Shown: piece by piece, positions 30,158 to 40,557 of the stretch | Layout of the letters: every line of letters starts with the position of its first letter | How positions within the stretch are numbered: position 1 is the stretch's first letter | Origin: Calditrichaceae bacterium | GTDB taxonomy: Bacteria; Calditrichota; Calditrichia; Calditrichales; JBFXGD01 | Assembly (NCBI GenBank): GCA_050173015.1 | Contig: JBFXLE010000003.1 | Coordinates: 192,001 to 256,000 of the forward strand | Reading direction: 5' to 3' | Length of the DNA stretch: 64,000 bases | Translations under genes and position numbers: made by a program | The notes under the pieces: model-generated | Told to the model about the DNA's origin: nothing | Seen by the model: only the letters and a program-made list of their open reading frames with translations | The model's database searches: none

Positions 30158-32383
30158 TTGTCGAAACACAAATACGTGCTTTCTCTTCATTACTTATATT
30201 TATTTTTGCTTCTGCTGTGTATTTTGGCGCATGCGAATGATCCCAAATTTGTCATACAACCCGCGTATTTCGATTCCGGGATAAATATTGACGGATACCT
30301 GAACGAACAAGTCTGGAAATCGGCCGCTCAAATCAGAAATTTTTACACTTATCAGCCGGTGGACGGTCATCCCGCGGAAGATCACACTGCCGCCTTAATT
30401 GGATATGACCGAAATAATCTTTATATAGCGCTCATCTGTTTCGACCGGGAACCTGAAAAAATACGAACGACCCTCAGCAAACGTGATGATATTTTTACGG
30501 ATGATCTTATTCTTCTTTATATTGATACGTTTAATGAAGGAAAAACCGCTTATCAATTCGCTTTCAACCCTTATGGGATTCAGGCGGACGGCTTACTGAC
30601 TGAATACACCAGCGAAGATTTTAATCCTGACTTTATTCTGTATTCAAAAGGCAGAATGATCAAAAACGGCTACATTATTGAAGCGAAAATACCATTTAAA
30701 AGTCTGCGGTTTCCCGAAAAAGATATCATGGACTGGAAAATAGGTATTTTGAGAATCATTCAACATAGCGGACAGGTGCTGGTCTGGCCGGCCATATCTC
30801 TCGATTCCCCCATGTTCATAGGACAATTCGGAACACTAAAAAATATCTCTCATATCAAAGGTGGCAGCCGACTTGAAATTTTGCCGGAAATCGCGGCGAT
30901 TCAGGAGGGTTCCATTGAAGAAAACGAGTTTGAAGATCACCCCGCTCAGGTAGAAGCAGGTCTGAACATCCGTTATGGTCTGGCTTCTGATTTGAGTCTT
31001 GGCCTTACGGTAAATCCTGATTTTAGTCAGGTGGAAGCGGATGCCAATAAAATAGATGTTAATCGCCGCTACCCGCTCCGGTATAATGAAAAAAGACCTT
31101 TTTTTCTTGAAGGGGTAGATCTTTTTCAGACTCCGATAGAAGCGGTTTATACAAGACAGCTGCTCGATCCGCTCTGCGGTGCTAAAATTACAGGCAGAAT
31201 GGGAGATTACTCCATAGGAATTTTAAGCGAAGCCGATCAGTATGAAGGAAGCTCTGATTTTCTGAACTCACTTGACATTGATCCTGCCCTCAATAATAAA
31301 TATCGTGATAAGTATACGTTTAACCATATATTGAGAGTGAAACGTAACTTATCGCCGCTTTCATTCATAGGTTTACTTGTCACTGACAGGGAATTTAGCA
31401 ATACCTACAACCGCGTCTATGGGGCGGACGGTCAATTTGCATTCAGTGAAAATTATGTTTTGACATTTCAGGGATTGTTCTCACAATCAATGCCTGTCAC
31501 CGGATCCGGATATATAGAAGATCCGGCATTGTTCGCGTCTCTATACCGGGGCAGCCGCAATTTTAATTTTCAGTTTTATTATAATGATATTTATCCTGAT
31601 TTCGTAGCCGCGAACGGTTTTATTGAACGGACCGATGTGAGGGAAGCAGGCCTGCAAATATGGTATGACTTTTTATGGCATGAACATTTTCTGCAAAAGG
31701 TGACTCCATCTTTCTATTACAGCCAAATTTTCGATCACGAGAGCAATTTAATAGAAAACAGTATCGTTCCTTCTGTTTCGGTTGATATCAGAACGCAGAC
31801 ATCGCTGAAATTTCAGTATTACTACCAAATGGAAGAATACTTTTTGAAGGAATTTCCAAAAGATCATTATTCTGTGACTCTTGACAACAAATCCTTATCA
31901 TGGCTTCACGCCAATCTTTACGCAGGCACCGGGGATGAAATATATTATTACGGAACCCCCGCCTTTCTCGGAAAATCAATATACATCACCGCCGATTTCA
32001 CCCTGAAGCCGGCCAGGAATATTTCCAATGAAATTAGTTTTAAAACTTATCAGTTTGATGGCACTCAAAACAATTTGGATCTCTATCTAAGGCAGAACAT
32101 ATACAGGCTGCGCTCAAACTGGCAAATTACCCGGGATTTATCACTGAGATTAATTATCGAAAATATCGATATCAAGCAATCTAACACGGTTTACTCTGAA
32201 TCAAATACGATAGATTTTAATTTACTTTTTAGTTACAATCCATCTCCCGGAACTGTTTTTTTCCTTGGGTATAATGATCAGCAATACCACAAAGATCATT
32301 ATACGGGCGGTTGGTTTCTAAAAGATTATCAGCGGTTTGAACGAGGCTTGTTCGCAAAATTTTCTTACCTGTTTCGTTTATAG
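30158..32383 (+). CDS. CBM9-like domain + DUF5916 outer-membrane protein
   Basis: IDGYLNE.VW, YD..NLY, AYQFAFNPYGIQAD, EAKIPFKSLRF, TVNPDFSQVEAD, EKRPFFLEG; C-terminal KFSYLFRL. Confidence 0.8.
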   Translation: MSKHKYVLSLHYLYLFLLLLCILAHANDPKFVIQPAYFDSGINIDGYLNEQVWKSAAQIRNFYTYQPVDGHPAEDHTAALIGYDRNNLYIALICFDREPEKIRTTLSKRDDIFTDDLILLYIDTFNEGKTAYQFAFNPYGIQADGLLTEYTSEDFNPDFILYSKGRMIKNGYIIEAKIPFKSLRFPEKDIMDWKIGILRIIQHSGQVLVWPAISLDSPMFIGQFGTLKNISHIKGGSRLEILPEIAAIQEGSIEENEFEDHPAQVEAGLNIRYGLASDLSLGLTVNPDFSQVEADANKIDVNRRYPLRYNEKRPFFLEGVDLFQTPIEAVYTRQLLDPLCGAKITGRMGDYSIGILSEADQYEGSSDFLNSLDIDPALNNKYRDKYTFNHILRVKRNLSPLSFIGLLVTDREFSNTYNRVYGADGQFAFSENYVLTFQGLFSQSMPVTGSGYIEDPALFASLYRGSRNFNFQFYYNDIYPDFVAANGFIERTDVREAGLQIWYDFLWHEHFLQKVTPSFYYSQIFDHESNLIENSIVPSVSVDIRTQTSLKFQYYYQMEEYFLKEFPKDHYSVTLDNKSLSWLHANLYAGTGDEIYYYGTPAFLGKSIYITADFTLKPARNISNEISFKTYQFDGTQNNLDLYLRQNIYRLRSNWQITRDLSLRLIIENIDIKQSNTVYSESNTIDFNLLFSYNPSPGTVFFLGYNDQQYHKDHYTGGWFLKDYQRFERGLFAKFSYLFRL

Positions 32384-32411
32384 TGAATTATTTACCGGAG
32401 GAGGATTCAAA

Positions 32412-32978
32412 ATGCGCTCATCAAATGCGGGTCTGATCCTTATTGTTTTAGGATTATTATTTTTACTCGACAATATGGGATATATCGATTTTGGCGATAT
32501 AATGAGTACCTACTGGCCATTGATTCTTGTACTTATTGGTATAAGAATCATCCTGACGCATAACCGGGATGAGTCAGGAAGAGATTCTGCCAAAAGTGCC
32601 GGACCATCAAAAAGAAGTGGGATTAATGATTCCGATTACAGCAATGTCATGGGTGATGTTCGCATGAATTTCGCGAAAAAAGAGATCGCTTATCAGACAG
32701 TGAACAACATTTTTGGAGATATAGATCTCGATTTTTCGGAAAGCAAACTTCTCGCGGACGCATCGGTAAAAGTATCCTTGATTTTCGGAAACATCCACAT
32801 AAAACTTCCTAAAAATACTAAGGCGGATATCGAAGGAAGCAATATCGCGGGGGATATTCAAATCTTTCAGCAAACCGAAAGCGGATTCTTTAAAAATATA
32901 CGTTATGGGGATAAAAGCGCCGGAAGTGTTCGATTTAAAGTATCTGTGATCTTTGGCGATATTCGCGTGATTGATTAA
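32412..32978 (+). CDS. LiaF/LiaI-like cell-envelope stress protein (DUF5668 + DUF2154-like)
   Basis: GLILIVLGLLFLLDN...YWPLILVLIG followed by FGDI beta repeats; SD GGAGGAGG before ATG 32412. Confidence 0.75.
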   Translation: MRSSNAGLILIVLGLLFLLDNMGYIDFGDIMSTYWPLILVLIGIRIILTHNRDESGRDSAKSAGPSKRSGINDSDYSNVMGDVRMNFAKKEIAYQTVNNIFGDIDLDFSESKLLADASVKVSLIFGNIHIKLPKNTKADIEGSNIAGDIQIFQQTESGFFKNIRYGDKSAGSVRFKVSVIFGDIRVID

Positions 32979-33022
32979 ATATTTATCCGCTCGACTGAGT
33001 TCGTGGATACAATTAGAATTAT

Positions 33023-33056
33023 AAAAAACCCGGAGCCTTTTAACAGACCCCGGGTT
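33023..33056 (-). terminator. Intrinsic terminator between convergent genes
   Basis: Minus strand AACCCGGGGTCT...AGGCTCCGGGTT-TTTT. Confidence 0.65.
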
Positions 33057-33061
33057 ACTTT

Positions 33062-34519
33062 TTATCTGCCCCTCTCTATAATCTTAATGGGAGTACCAGC
33101 AGGAATATTTTCATCCAATTCTTTTCCGTTCATCAGAGCAAGCTCTTTCCATAATGCTTCTTCAACCCCGAAGTCCTGGAAGGCCAGTTCCAGCATCCCG
33201 GCTTTTACTGTTCTTTTTATCCGGATCCGGTCCGGTTTCACCTCAAGTTTTGAGCGATCGGTTAAAAGATTGAATCCATTCATCGTGTTTTCAAAGCTGC
33301 GACTGTATTTTTCATAGTCCTGCAGAGACGTCAACCCATGAAATGTAAATATCTGATTGTCTTTCATGATAAAATAAGACATCACCTGGATTACTCCCTG
33401 ATCCGTTGTAATTTTTGAGACCACTTTATAAGCCCGGAAAGCATTGACCTTCAGGTCATTTTGATATACGGCCACAGCCTTGTTTTTTGATATGAATTTT
33501 TGCGCTGCCGCAAGAGGAGATGAGCCTTCCTCCAGCGTAAATAAAATGACCGCTTCTCCTTTGCCCGCGATTATCTGGACCTGAGTAGGTAAATTATTCA
33601 CCTTCCATCCGGTTGGCGCGGGAAACTGAAATTGTAACCCGGGATGATAAAAAACACCCTTTTCCACAAAGCCCTGACGCGGATCTTCACCATAAACAAG
33701 ACCGTCGATCTTACTCATGTACTCATCGCGATTTATTTTGAAATCCGGTCTGTTTATTTTTTTCTGCCACAGAGCCGCTTCTTTCCGGATATCCCCTACC
33801 CGGTTCTCAGGATTTGGGTGAGTTGAAAACCAGCTTGGCAGACCTTTTTCATCTTCTTTTTCTGACATTCTATCGAGGGTGATAAAGAAATTTGCCATCT
33901 CTCTTGCGTCATATCCTGTTTTGGTGGAGTATTCAACACCGAGATCATCCGACTGTCTTTCATTATCTCTGCTGAATTTTAGAAAAAGCACGCCGACTCC
34001 CATTTCCGCCAGTCCCGCGTATTTACTGAATTCTTCAGAAAACACCGACCCCAGCCCCAGGCCTAATTGCGCCAACTGCCCCTTACTGTACTGTTTTGCC
34101 GAATGGCGGGCGGTGATATGCCCTATCTCATGTCCCACCACTCCGGCAAGCTCCGCTTCATTGTTCAGGTAGGCGAGTATGCCCCTGGTGATATAGACAA
34201 AGCCTCCCGGAACCGCGAAGGCGTTAATAACAGGACTGTCCATCAATTTGAATTCATATTTTAATTCAGGACGGTGGGAAACTTTTGCCATTTCCTGTCC
34301 CAGCCGATCTAAATAGTTATGAAGTTCCTTGTCATCATAAACCCCGTAAGTTTCAACCACCTGTTTATCCGATTGAATTCCCATTTTAACTTCATCAGAA
34401 TCGCTTAGCAGCATCAGCTCCCGCTTCCCGGTAACGGGATTGACCGCACAGGAAGCAATCCATAAGATTAAATTGAACAGAATAAATATTTTCAGAGAAT
34501 TTAGGGCGTGACCTGACAT
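33062..34519 (-). CDS. M48 family zinc metalloprotease lipoprotein
   Basis: Lipobox IASC-AVNPVTG; NAFAVPGG; HEIGH; FSRDNERQSD; STHP. Confidence 0.9.
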   Translation of the reverse strand: MSGHALNSLKIFILFNLILWIASCAVNPVTGKRELMLLSDSDEVKMGIQSDKQVVETYGVYDDKELHNYLDRLGQEMAKVSHRPELKYEFKLMDSPVINAFAVPGGFVYITRGILAYLNNEAELAGVVGHEIGHITARHSAKQYSKGQLAQLGLGLGSVFSEEFSKYAGLAEMGVGVLFLKFSRDNERQSDDLGVEYSTKTGYDAREMANFFITLDRMSEKEDEKGLPSWFSTHPNPENRVGDIRKEAALWQKKINRPDFKINRDEYMSKIDGLVYGEDPRQGFVEKGVFYHPGLQFQFPAPTGWKVNNLPTQVQIIAGKGEAVILFTLEEGSSPLAAAQKFISKNKAVAVYQNDLKVNAFRAYKVVSKITTDQGVIQVMSYFIMKDNQIFTFHGLTSLQDYEKYSRSFENTMNGFNLLTDRSKLEVKPDRIRIKRTVKAGMLELAFQDFGVEEALWKELALMNGKELDENIPAGTPIKIIERGR

Positions 34520-34821
34520 TATTATCTCCTAAATTTTGAGTTTCTTATTCTATCGCGAACTATAATATAATTTATGATAAGCAAAAAAAGTTCGCAATAT
34601 TTACAAAATGATTACATAGAGCAAGAAAGATTGATGTGTAACAAACGGCCGGCGCAACTTTAATATTCCGTCAAACAAACAGGCGGCACTGTCAGAATTT
34701 ACCAAACAAATAATTAATGAATCAAAATACAAAAAAAGCATTAAAACGATGTAAAACGCGCATTCAGGCCTATTGAACTATAGTAATCTGATAATGCGCC
34801 GAAAATAATTCATAAAAGATG

Positions 34822-34850
34822 TTGACAAATCAATTTCAGCTATTTATATT
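34822..34850 (+). promoter_or_regulatory. Sigma70 promoter of tetR operon
   Basis: TTGACA-N17-TATATT. Confidence 0.8.
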
Positions 34851-34863
34851 GAATCATGATTCA
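34850..34863. promoter_or_regulatory. Putative TetR operator 1
   Basis: Perfect palindrome TGAATCATGATTCA over the predicted transcription start. Confidence 0.75.
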
Positions 34864-34881
34864 TTAATCAAGGAAATAAAC

Positions 34882-35472
34882 ATGAGAACGCGCGAAGGAA
34901 ACAAAGAAAACGATATTCTTGAAGCTGCAATACAGATATTTGCTGAAGCCGGCTATCATGGATCGAAAATTTCTAAGATTGCGGAAGTCGCCGGAGTAGC
35001 AAACGGAAGTGTCTATCTTTATTTCCGGAATAAACAGGACATTCTTGTAAAAATCCTTGAAAAACTCTGGGAAAAACTGGCAAAAGATATTCAGAAACTG
35101 GTTGATCAAACTGATTTAGATCCCCTTGAAAAAATTGATGGCATGGTGGATAAGGTTTTTGACACTTTTACTTCAAATCCAAATCTGGCCATCGTTGTCA
35201 TCAATGAACATAATCAAATGATACAAAGGGGTGTTGATGATTTCGCCAAACAGTATGAGAAATTTCTCGATGCCTGTCGTAAAGTATTTTCGGAAGGTGT
35301 TGAACACGCTTATATCAATCCAGATCTCGATGTAAAAGTGTTTTTGCACTTCGTTGTCGGCGGACTTAGACATCTGATTAATTTATGGGCGGGTAATCCT
35401 GATATTCTGCCTTTGCAGAAGATGCGTGATAATATAAAATACCTGATCCGCCATGGTGTGATAAAATGGTAA
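34882..35472 (+). CDS. TetR/AcrR family regulator
   Basis: ILEAAIQIFAEAGY...IAEVAGVANGSVYLYFRNK HTH; start ATG 34882 after AAGGA. Confidence 0.93.
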   Translation: MRTREGNKENDILEAAIQIFAEAGYHGSKISKIAEVAGVANGSVYLYFRNKQDILVKILEKLWEKLAKDIQKLVDQTDLDPLEKIDGMVDKVFDTFTSNPNLAIVVINEHNQMIQRGVDDFAKQYEKFLDACRKVFSEGVEHAYINPDLDVKVFLHFVVGGLRHLINLWAGNPDILPLQKMRDNIKYLIRHGVIKW

Positions 35473-35496
35473 TTTTAAGGTAATTTTTTTTAATAT

Positions 35497-35518
35497 TTAA
35501 TGAACATTGAGTCATTAA
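35497..35518. promoter_or_regulatory. Putative TetR operator 2, upstream of tolC-like gene
   Basis: TTAATGA-N8-TCATTAA; shares TGA-N8-TCATTAATCAA with operator 1. Confidence 0.65.
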
Positions 35519-35536
35519 TCAATTTTGGAGATTTCA

Positions 35537-37033
35537 ATGCGTTTTAGAACCGGAATAAGCATCATCGTTGGATTGTTGTTTAGCTCAGGCATATACCCTG
35601 CTCGTGTGGATGCGGGAACACTCCCATTAAACACCGCGATCGATATTGCTCTTGAAAACAATAACAAAATCCGACAATATAATGAGCGTTTTGAACAAAA
35701 ACGCTACGCGGAAAAAGAAGCATTGGGTAATTTCTTCCCCACTGTAAAAATACAGGCAACTTATAATCATCTTAACGATCCGCTGCAAATTGACCTTGAA
35801 CCAATCCGCGAGGCAATGATTCAGATCCAAAGCGGTAATCAGGTTGAATTTGCAAATACCTATTCCCTTCTTCAGGGAAATTCAGCATTGACAGATGCGG
35901 AACGCGGCGCGTTATACGATCAGTATTACGGTCAGTTGGACAGCGCCATTCCACCTTTTGTCGATACATTTAAAAATCAGGATTATCGGACGGCATCTAT
36001 ACAGGTGACACAACCCTTATTCACTGGCGGCAAAATCATCGCCGCCAAACGATACGCCACGGCCGAGTTAAACACATCGAAAGAGGAGCTTCGGCAGACA
36101 GAAAACGGAGTCATACAGGATGTTATCAATCAATACATGAATGTGCTTTTACTTAAAAACGTCGTTCAAACACGGATAGAAGCCCTCGACGGTATGACAA
36201 AGCACAAAGAAAACGCCCAGCTTCTTTTTAATGAAGGACTGATCGCGCGGTACGATTTGTTCCGGGCGAAAGTGGCTGTATCCGATGCGGAACGCGCGTT
36301 GTTCGATGACCAAAGCAACTTATCCCTTGCCATGATCGCTCTTAAAAACACACTCGGATTAGATGAGGATCTTGAACCCGAGGCCGTCTCCGATTCACTT
36401 TTGTACAGATTAATGGACAGAAACCTCGGATCATTCATTAATCAGGCCGAACTGAACCAGCCGGTACTTCAAATACTGAATTATAAGGGGGTCAGCGCCC
36501 AGCAGAACTATGTCGCGCAACGGGCTGATTTTTTTCCCACCATCGCGGGTTTTGCCAAATATGAGATGGTTCCCGAGGATCTATCAAGTTTAGAACCAAG
36601 ATGGGTGGCCGGTATACAGTTGAATTATACGCTTTTTGAAGGATTTAAAAACAAAAACAGACTGCAATCCGCAAAACATATTAAGCAGGAAGTCACATAT
36701 CTTCAGCAGGATACAAAACGGCAGATTGATTTATGGGTGGAGAAATCCTACAGAGATCTGCGTAATAATGAAACCCGTTACATCAAACTCAAATCCGATA
36801 TCGCGCTGGCCAAAGAAAATTTGAGACTGAACGAGAAACGGTTTGAAACGGGACTGGGTACATCTCTCGAAGTCATCGACGCGAATCTCTCCCTGCAAAA
36901 AAGTCAGATAGAGCGATTGCTTTCGCTCCATAATTATTATCAATCCATGTCATCATTATATACGGCAGCCGGCAATCCCATACAACTACTTGAATTCTGG
37001 AATAGCGAAGGGGTACAAAATGAAGCTCACTAA
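35537..37033 (+). CDS. TolC-family outer membrane efflux protein
   Basis: AIDIALENN, FFPT, QPLFTGG, RFETGLGTSLEVIDA; signal peptide; start ATG 35537. Confidence 0.9.
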   Translation: MRFRTGISIIVGLLFSSGIYPARVDAGTLPLNTAIDIALENNNKIRQYNERFEQKRYAEKEALGNFFPTVKIQATYNHLNDPLQIDLEPIREAMIQIQSGNQVEFANTYSLLQGNSALTDAERGALYDQYYGQLDSAIPPFVDTFKNQDYRTASIQVTQPLFTGGKIIAAKRYATAELNTSKEELRQTENGVIQDVINQYMNVLLLKNVVQTRIEALDGMTKHKENAQLLFNEGLIARYDLFRAKVAVSDAERALFDDQSNLSLAMIALKNTLGLDEDLEPEAVSDSLLYRLMDRNLGSFINQAELNQPVLQILNYKGVSAQQNYVAQRADFFPTIAGFAKYEMVPEDLSSLEPRWVAGIQLNYTLFEGFKNKNRLQSAKHIKQEVTYLQQDTKRQIDLWVEKSYRDLRNNETRYIKLKSDIALAKENLRLNEKRFETGLGTSLEVIDANLSLQKSQIERLLSLHNYYQSMSSLYTAAGNPIQLLEFWNSEGVQNEAH

Positions 37034-38012
37034 AAACAAATTAATATTGTCCATACCATTAATAATAACCTTGATTTCAGTTCTCATTCTGACCATACAG
37101 GCATATTCGATCGACACGGTTATCATGACCGGTCTGGTGGAAACAACAGAAATTGATATCGCCTCTAAAATTCCCGGTCGCATTGAAAATATTTATGTGA
37201 GAGAGGGAGACGCTGTTACAAAAGGTCAACTGATAGCGAATTTGGAAAGCAAGGAAATTGATGCCAAAGTCGGGCAGGCCCGCGGAGTAATGCAGGCGGC
37301 CGCCGCTAAACTGGAAATGGCCCGGAACGGAGCGCGTCCGGAGGAACGTGAAGCAGTTGAAAAAATGTACATGCAGGCGGTCCATCAGTATGATCTCGCT
37401 GAAAAAACATGGAAAAGAGTTGAAAGTGTATACAAAGACAGTGTGATCTCCACCCAGGAGCGCGATCAGGTGGAATTTCAATATAAAGCAGCCAGAGAAC
37501 AGATGGATGCTGCCCGGGCGAAATATGATATGGTCAAAAAAGGCGCGCGGCAGGAAGAAATAGCAGCCGCCGGGGGACTGTTTCTTCAGGCTCAAAGCGC
37601 GTACCAGGAAGCGTTGGCTTATCAGGAAGAAACCCGGCTGATTAGTCCAATTTCAGGCGAAGTATCCGCTCGGATTACAGATCCCGGTGAAATTATTGCA
37701 GCCGGCTATCCTGTTTTTTCCGTCACCGATACTTCCGATGTCTGGGTTGTGCTGCAGATTCGCGAAAATATGATGAGTTATATAAAAAAAGATCTGATGG
37801 TCAAGGGAGAAATTCCGGCGCTTGGGATGGATAGCGCGGATTTTAGAGTGAGCCATATCGCCACCATGGCAGATTTTGCAACCTGGCGCGCGACAAATCA
37901 GAAAGGCGATTTCGATCTGAAAACATTTGAAATCCACCTCCGTCCATCGGAGAAGATAACCGGATTACGGGCGGGTATGACGGTCCGCCTTAAATTTATA
38001 GAAAATTATTGA
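37020..38012 (+). CDS. HlyD-family periplasmic adaptor
   Basis: IASKIPGRIE.I.V.EGD.V.KGQ, GARPEE, SPISGEV, ADFATWRAT, GLRAGM. Confidence 0.92.
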   Translation: MKLTKNKLILSIPLIITLISVLILTIQAYSIDTVIMTGLVETTEIDIASKIPGRIENIYVREGDAVTKGQLIANLESKEIDAKVGQARGVMQAAAAKLEMARNGARPEEREAVEKMYMQAVHQYDLAEKTWKRVESVYKDSVISTQERDQVEFQYKAAREQMDAARAKYDMVKKGARQEEIAAAGGLFLQAQSAYQEALAYQEETRLISPISGEVSARITDPGEIIAAGYPVFSVTDTSDVWVVLQIRENMMSYIKKDLMVKGEIPALGMDSADFRVSHIATMADFATWRATNQKGDFDLKTFEIHLRPSEKITGLRAGMTVRLKFIENY

Positions 38013-38021
38013 GACGCTGAA

Positions 38022-39215
38022 ATGTTAACTATTTACTCAAAAGCTATTCGTAATGTTATGAAGCGGGAATTCATAAGGATCGCTGAACGCAAGACTCTGT
38101 ATTCTTTAATGATTATACTCCCTATGATCCTGTTTTTGCTTTTCGCCCTCATCTATAAAAACCGGAGTATAGAAAACCTTCCGGTGGCGATATTCGACGA
38201 AGACAATTCAGCGCTTTCCAGATTGGTGATTCAATCGGTTGAGTCAACTAAATCAATGAAAATAGACCGCTACGTTCATTCCATCGATGAGATTCGTGAA
38301 TCGATGCTGTCCGGGAAAATACAAGCGGGTTTTTATATTCCGCGCGATTTTTCCAGTGAGATAAAAAGCGGAAAATCGACCCGTATGGTGGTTTATAAAA
38401 ACACCAATAATCTCATTATAGGAAATCTGATTTATAAAGATGCTCTGACCATTACTAAAACTGTTTCCGGAGGTGTCTTACTAAAAAAATTACCCTCTGA
38501 GGGTATGTCTGAAGACCAGGCAATGAATATTGTTAACCCGATCCGGTTGGAAACACAGTCCCTGTTCAATCCCGCATACAATTACGAGAATTATCTTGTG
38601 CCCGGATTGATGCCGGTAATGCTTCAAATGATTATTATGATATCCGGCGTGCTTATTATCAGCTCCGAATACACACACCGCACAATAGATGAATTGTTCA
38701 AAACAGCCGATAACCTGGTTCTGGCCGTTTTTCTGGGGAAGTCCACTCCTCACCTGCTTATCTATACGACCATGTCTTTAGGAATGATCGGGATTATTTT
38801 TCCACTTTTCGCGATCCCGTACTCGGGATCTGTAGTTACCGGTCTTCTGTTTTTGATATATTTTATAGCTGCCAATTTCTTTTTGGCCATGTTTTTATCC
38901 ACACTCATCCATGACCAGCTGCTTGCGACCGAGATCGCCGTATTTTTTAATACACCGGCATTTATTTTTAGTGGATACACTTTTCCTCTTTCGAGTATGC
39001 CCGGTCTTCACAGTATTTATGGTCAGATGATGCCGTTTACTCATTTTCTGAGCGGTTTTCTGAAAATCTATCAGATGAACGCCCCCAACCGGTATTTGTG
39101 GCCGGAAGTCCAAGTGCTTTCACTTTTTGTCTGGGGGTCCATCGCGTTAAGCTTAATCGCAATCAAATATAGAAAAAGCCATCTACCGGCCCTGACCGGA
39201 GGGGGGACGGTATGA
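38022..39215 (+). CDS. ABC-2 type permease (YbhS/YhhJ-like)
   Basis: LPVAIFDEDNSALSR, FNP..NY..YLVPG, FSGYTFP. Confidence 0.88.
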   Translation: MLTIYSKAIRNVMKREFIRIAERKTLYSLMIILPMILFLLFALIYKNRSIENLPVAIFDEDNSALSRLVIQSVESTKSMKIDRYVHSIDEIRESMLSGKIQAGFYIPRDFSSEIKSGKSTRMVVYKNTNNLIIGNLIYKDALTITKTVSGGVLLKKLPSEGMSEDQAMNIVNPIRLETQSLFNPAYNYENYLVPGLMPVMLQMIIMISGVLIISSEYTHRTIDELFKTADNLVLAVFLGKSTPHLLIYTTMSLGMIGIIFPLFAIPYSGSVVTGLLFLIYFIAANFFLAMFLSTLIHDQLLATEIAVFFNTPAFIFSGYTFPLSSMPGLHSIYGQMMPFTHFLSGFLKIYQMNAPNRYLWPEVQVLSLFVWGSIALSLIAIKYRKSHLPALTGGGTV

Positions 39216-40447
39216 AAAATCTGAATTTAAAAATTACAGGCTTTAACAGGGTACTTCTGCGCGAGATTCAGCTAATAAAAAGTGATATCAACATCCTCAT
39301 GGTCATTCTGCTGGCGCCGCTGTTTTACGCGTTTTTCTATCCTTCTATCTATGTGCATAAAACCGAGCATGATGTACCGATAGTCGTTGTTGATCAGGAC
39401 AAATCCGCGCTTTCTGCCGACCTGATCCGGTATCTCGATATCCATCAACTTACCAAAGTGACGGAAACAGTAACCGATCTGGAGCAGGCCAAAGACCGGA
39501 TATACAGCATGGCCACGGAAGGAATTATTTACATTCCCGATGGTTTCGAAAGTAATCTCAAAAGCGGCAGTGGAACTGATCTGAAAGTTTATATCAATAC
39601 CAATCGTTTTTTGATCTCAAATGATATCAACAAAGCGGTAAACGAAGTGATCGGCACAATGGGCGCCGGAATCCGGCTAAGTTACTTCCGGACAAACGGG
39701 AACAGCTTTGAACAGGCTATTGAGCTGATCGAACCGGTTCGCGGAGATATCAGACCGATGTTTAATCCATCTGAAAGCTACGGCGATTTTTTAATTCCCG
39801 GGCTCCTGGTTTTGATCATACAGCAAACCTTATTGATCGGACTTTCCGAAAGCATGGCCAAAGAGCGTGAAAAACATACACTCGGCAATCTTTTTGAAAC
39901 CGCAAACAGGAGTATCTGGGCAACAATCGCGGGCAAAGCGTCATTTTTTATTCTGCTGTTCGGCTCATATAGTTTTTTTATGTTTACGGTTCTTTTCAAA
40001 GTGTTCAAGCTAAATTTTGCAGGAAGTAAAAGCGCGCTCTTTGTCCTTACATTTCTTTTTCTGCTCTCGGTCATATTTCTGAGTCTTTTTGTTTCATCAT
40101 TTTTTAAGCGAAAAATTCTATCAATGCAATTTTTCGTATTTACGTCCTATCCGATTTTTCTTTTATCCGGTTACAGCTGGCCTCTGCAATCCATGCCGGC
40201 AATGTTAAGGACGTTCGCGTATGTGTTACCCGGAACCCCTTACCTGAACGCCGTTGTAAGAATTACTCAAATGAATGCCGGATGGAATCATATTTTGCCT
40301 GAACTTCTACTGCTCGCGATACTGACTCTCTCAGGCCTTCTACTTACGAGATTAAGAATGAAACAGCTGATAAATCAGGAACTGAATGAGAATCTTCAAT
40401 CACCTTTCTTCGGAATGATGTCATTATTCAGGCTAAAAAGGAGTTAA
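39212..40447 (+). CDS. ABC-2 type permease (YbhR-like)
   Basis: VPIVVVDQDKS, FNPSESYGDFLIPG..IIQQT, LSGYSWP; ATGA overlap with previous gene. Confidence 0.88.
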   Translation: MKNLNLKITGFNRVLLREIQLIKSDINILMVILLAPLFYAFFYPSIYVHKTEHDVPIVVVDQDKSALSADLIRYLDIHQLTKVTETVTDLEQAKDRIYSMATEGIIYIPDGFESNLKSGSGTDLKVYINTNRFLISNDINKAVNEVIGTMGAGIRLSYFRTNGNSFEQAIELIEPVRGDIRPMFNPSESYGDFLIPGLLVLIIQQTLLIGLSESMAKEREKHTLGNLFETANRSIWATIAGKASFFILLFGSYSFFMFTVLFKVFKLNFAGSKSALFVLTFLFLLSVIFLSLFVSSFFKRKILSMQFFVFTSYPIFLLSGYSWPLQSMPAMLRTFAYVLPGTPYLNAVVRITQMNAGWNHILPELLLLAILTLSGLLLTRLRMKQLINQELNENLQSPFFGMMSLFRLKRS

Positions 40448-40557
40448 TTATCATGAATATAAACTTATCTAAAACAACAACAATTCTGCCGACTCAGATT
40501 GCAGGGTTTGCGGAATATACATTCAATAAACGCAATAAACACTTAAAGGAGGTCGTT

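Noticed and set aside
37077-37595. 172-aa minus-strand ORF
   Set aside because: Antisense shadow of the HlyD gene
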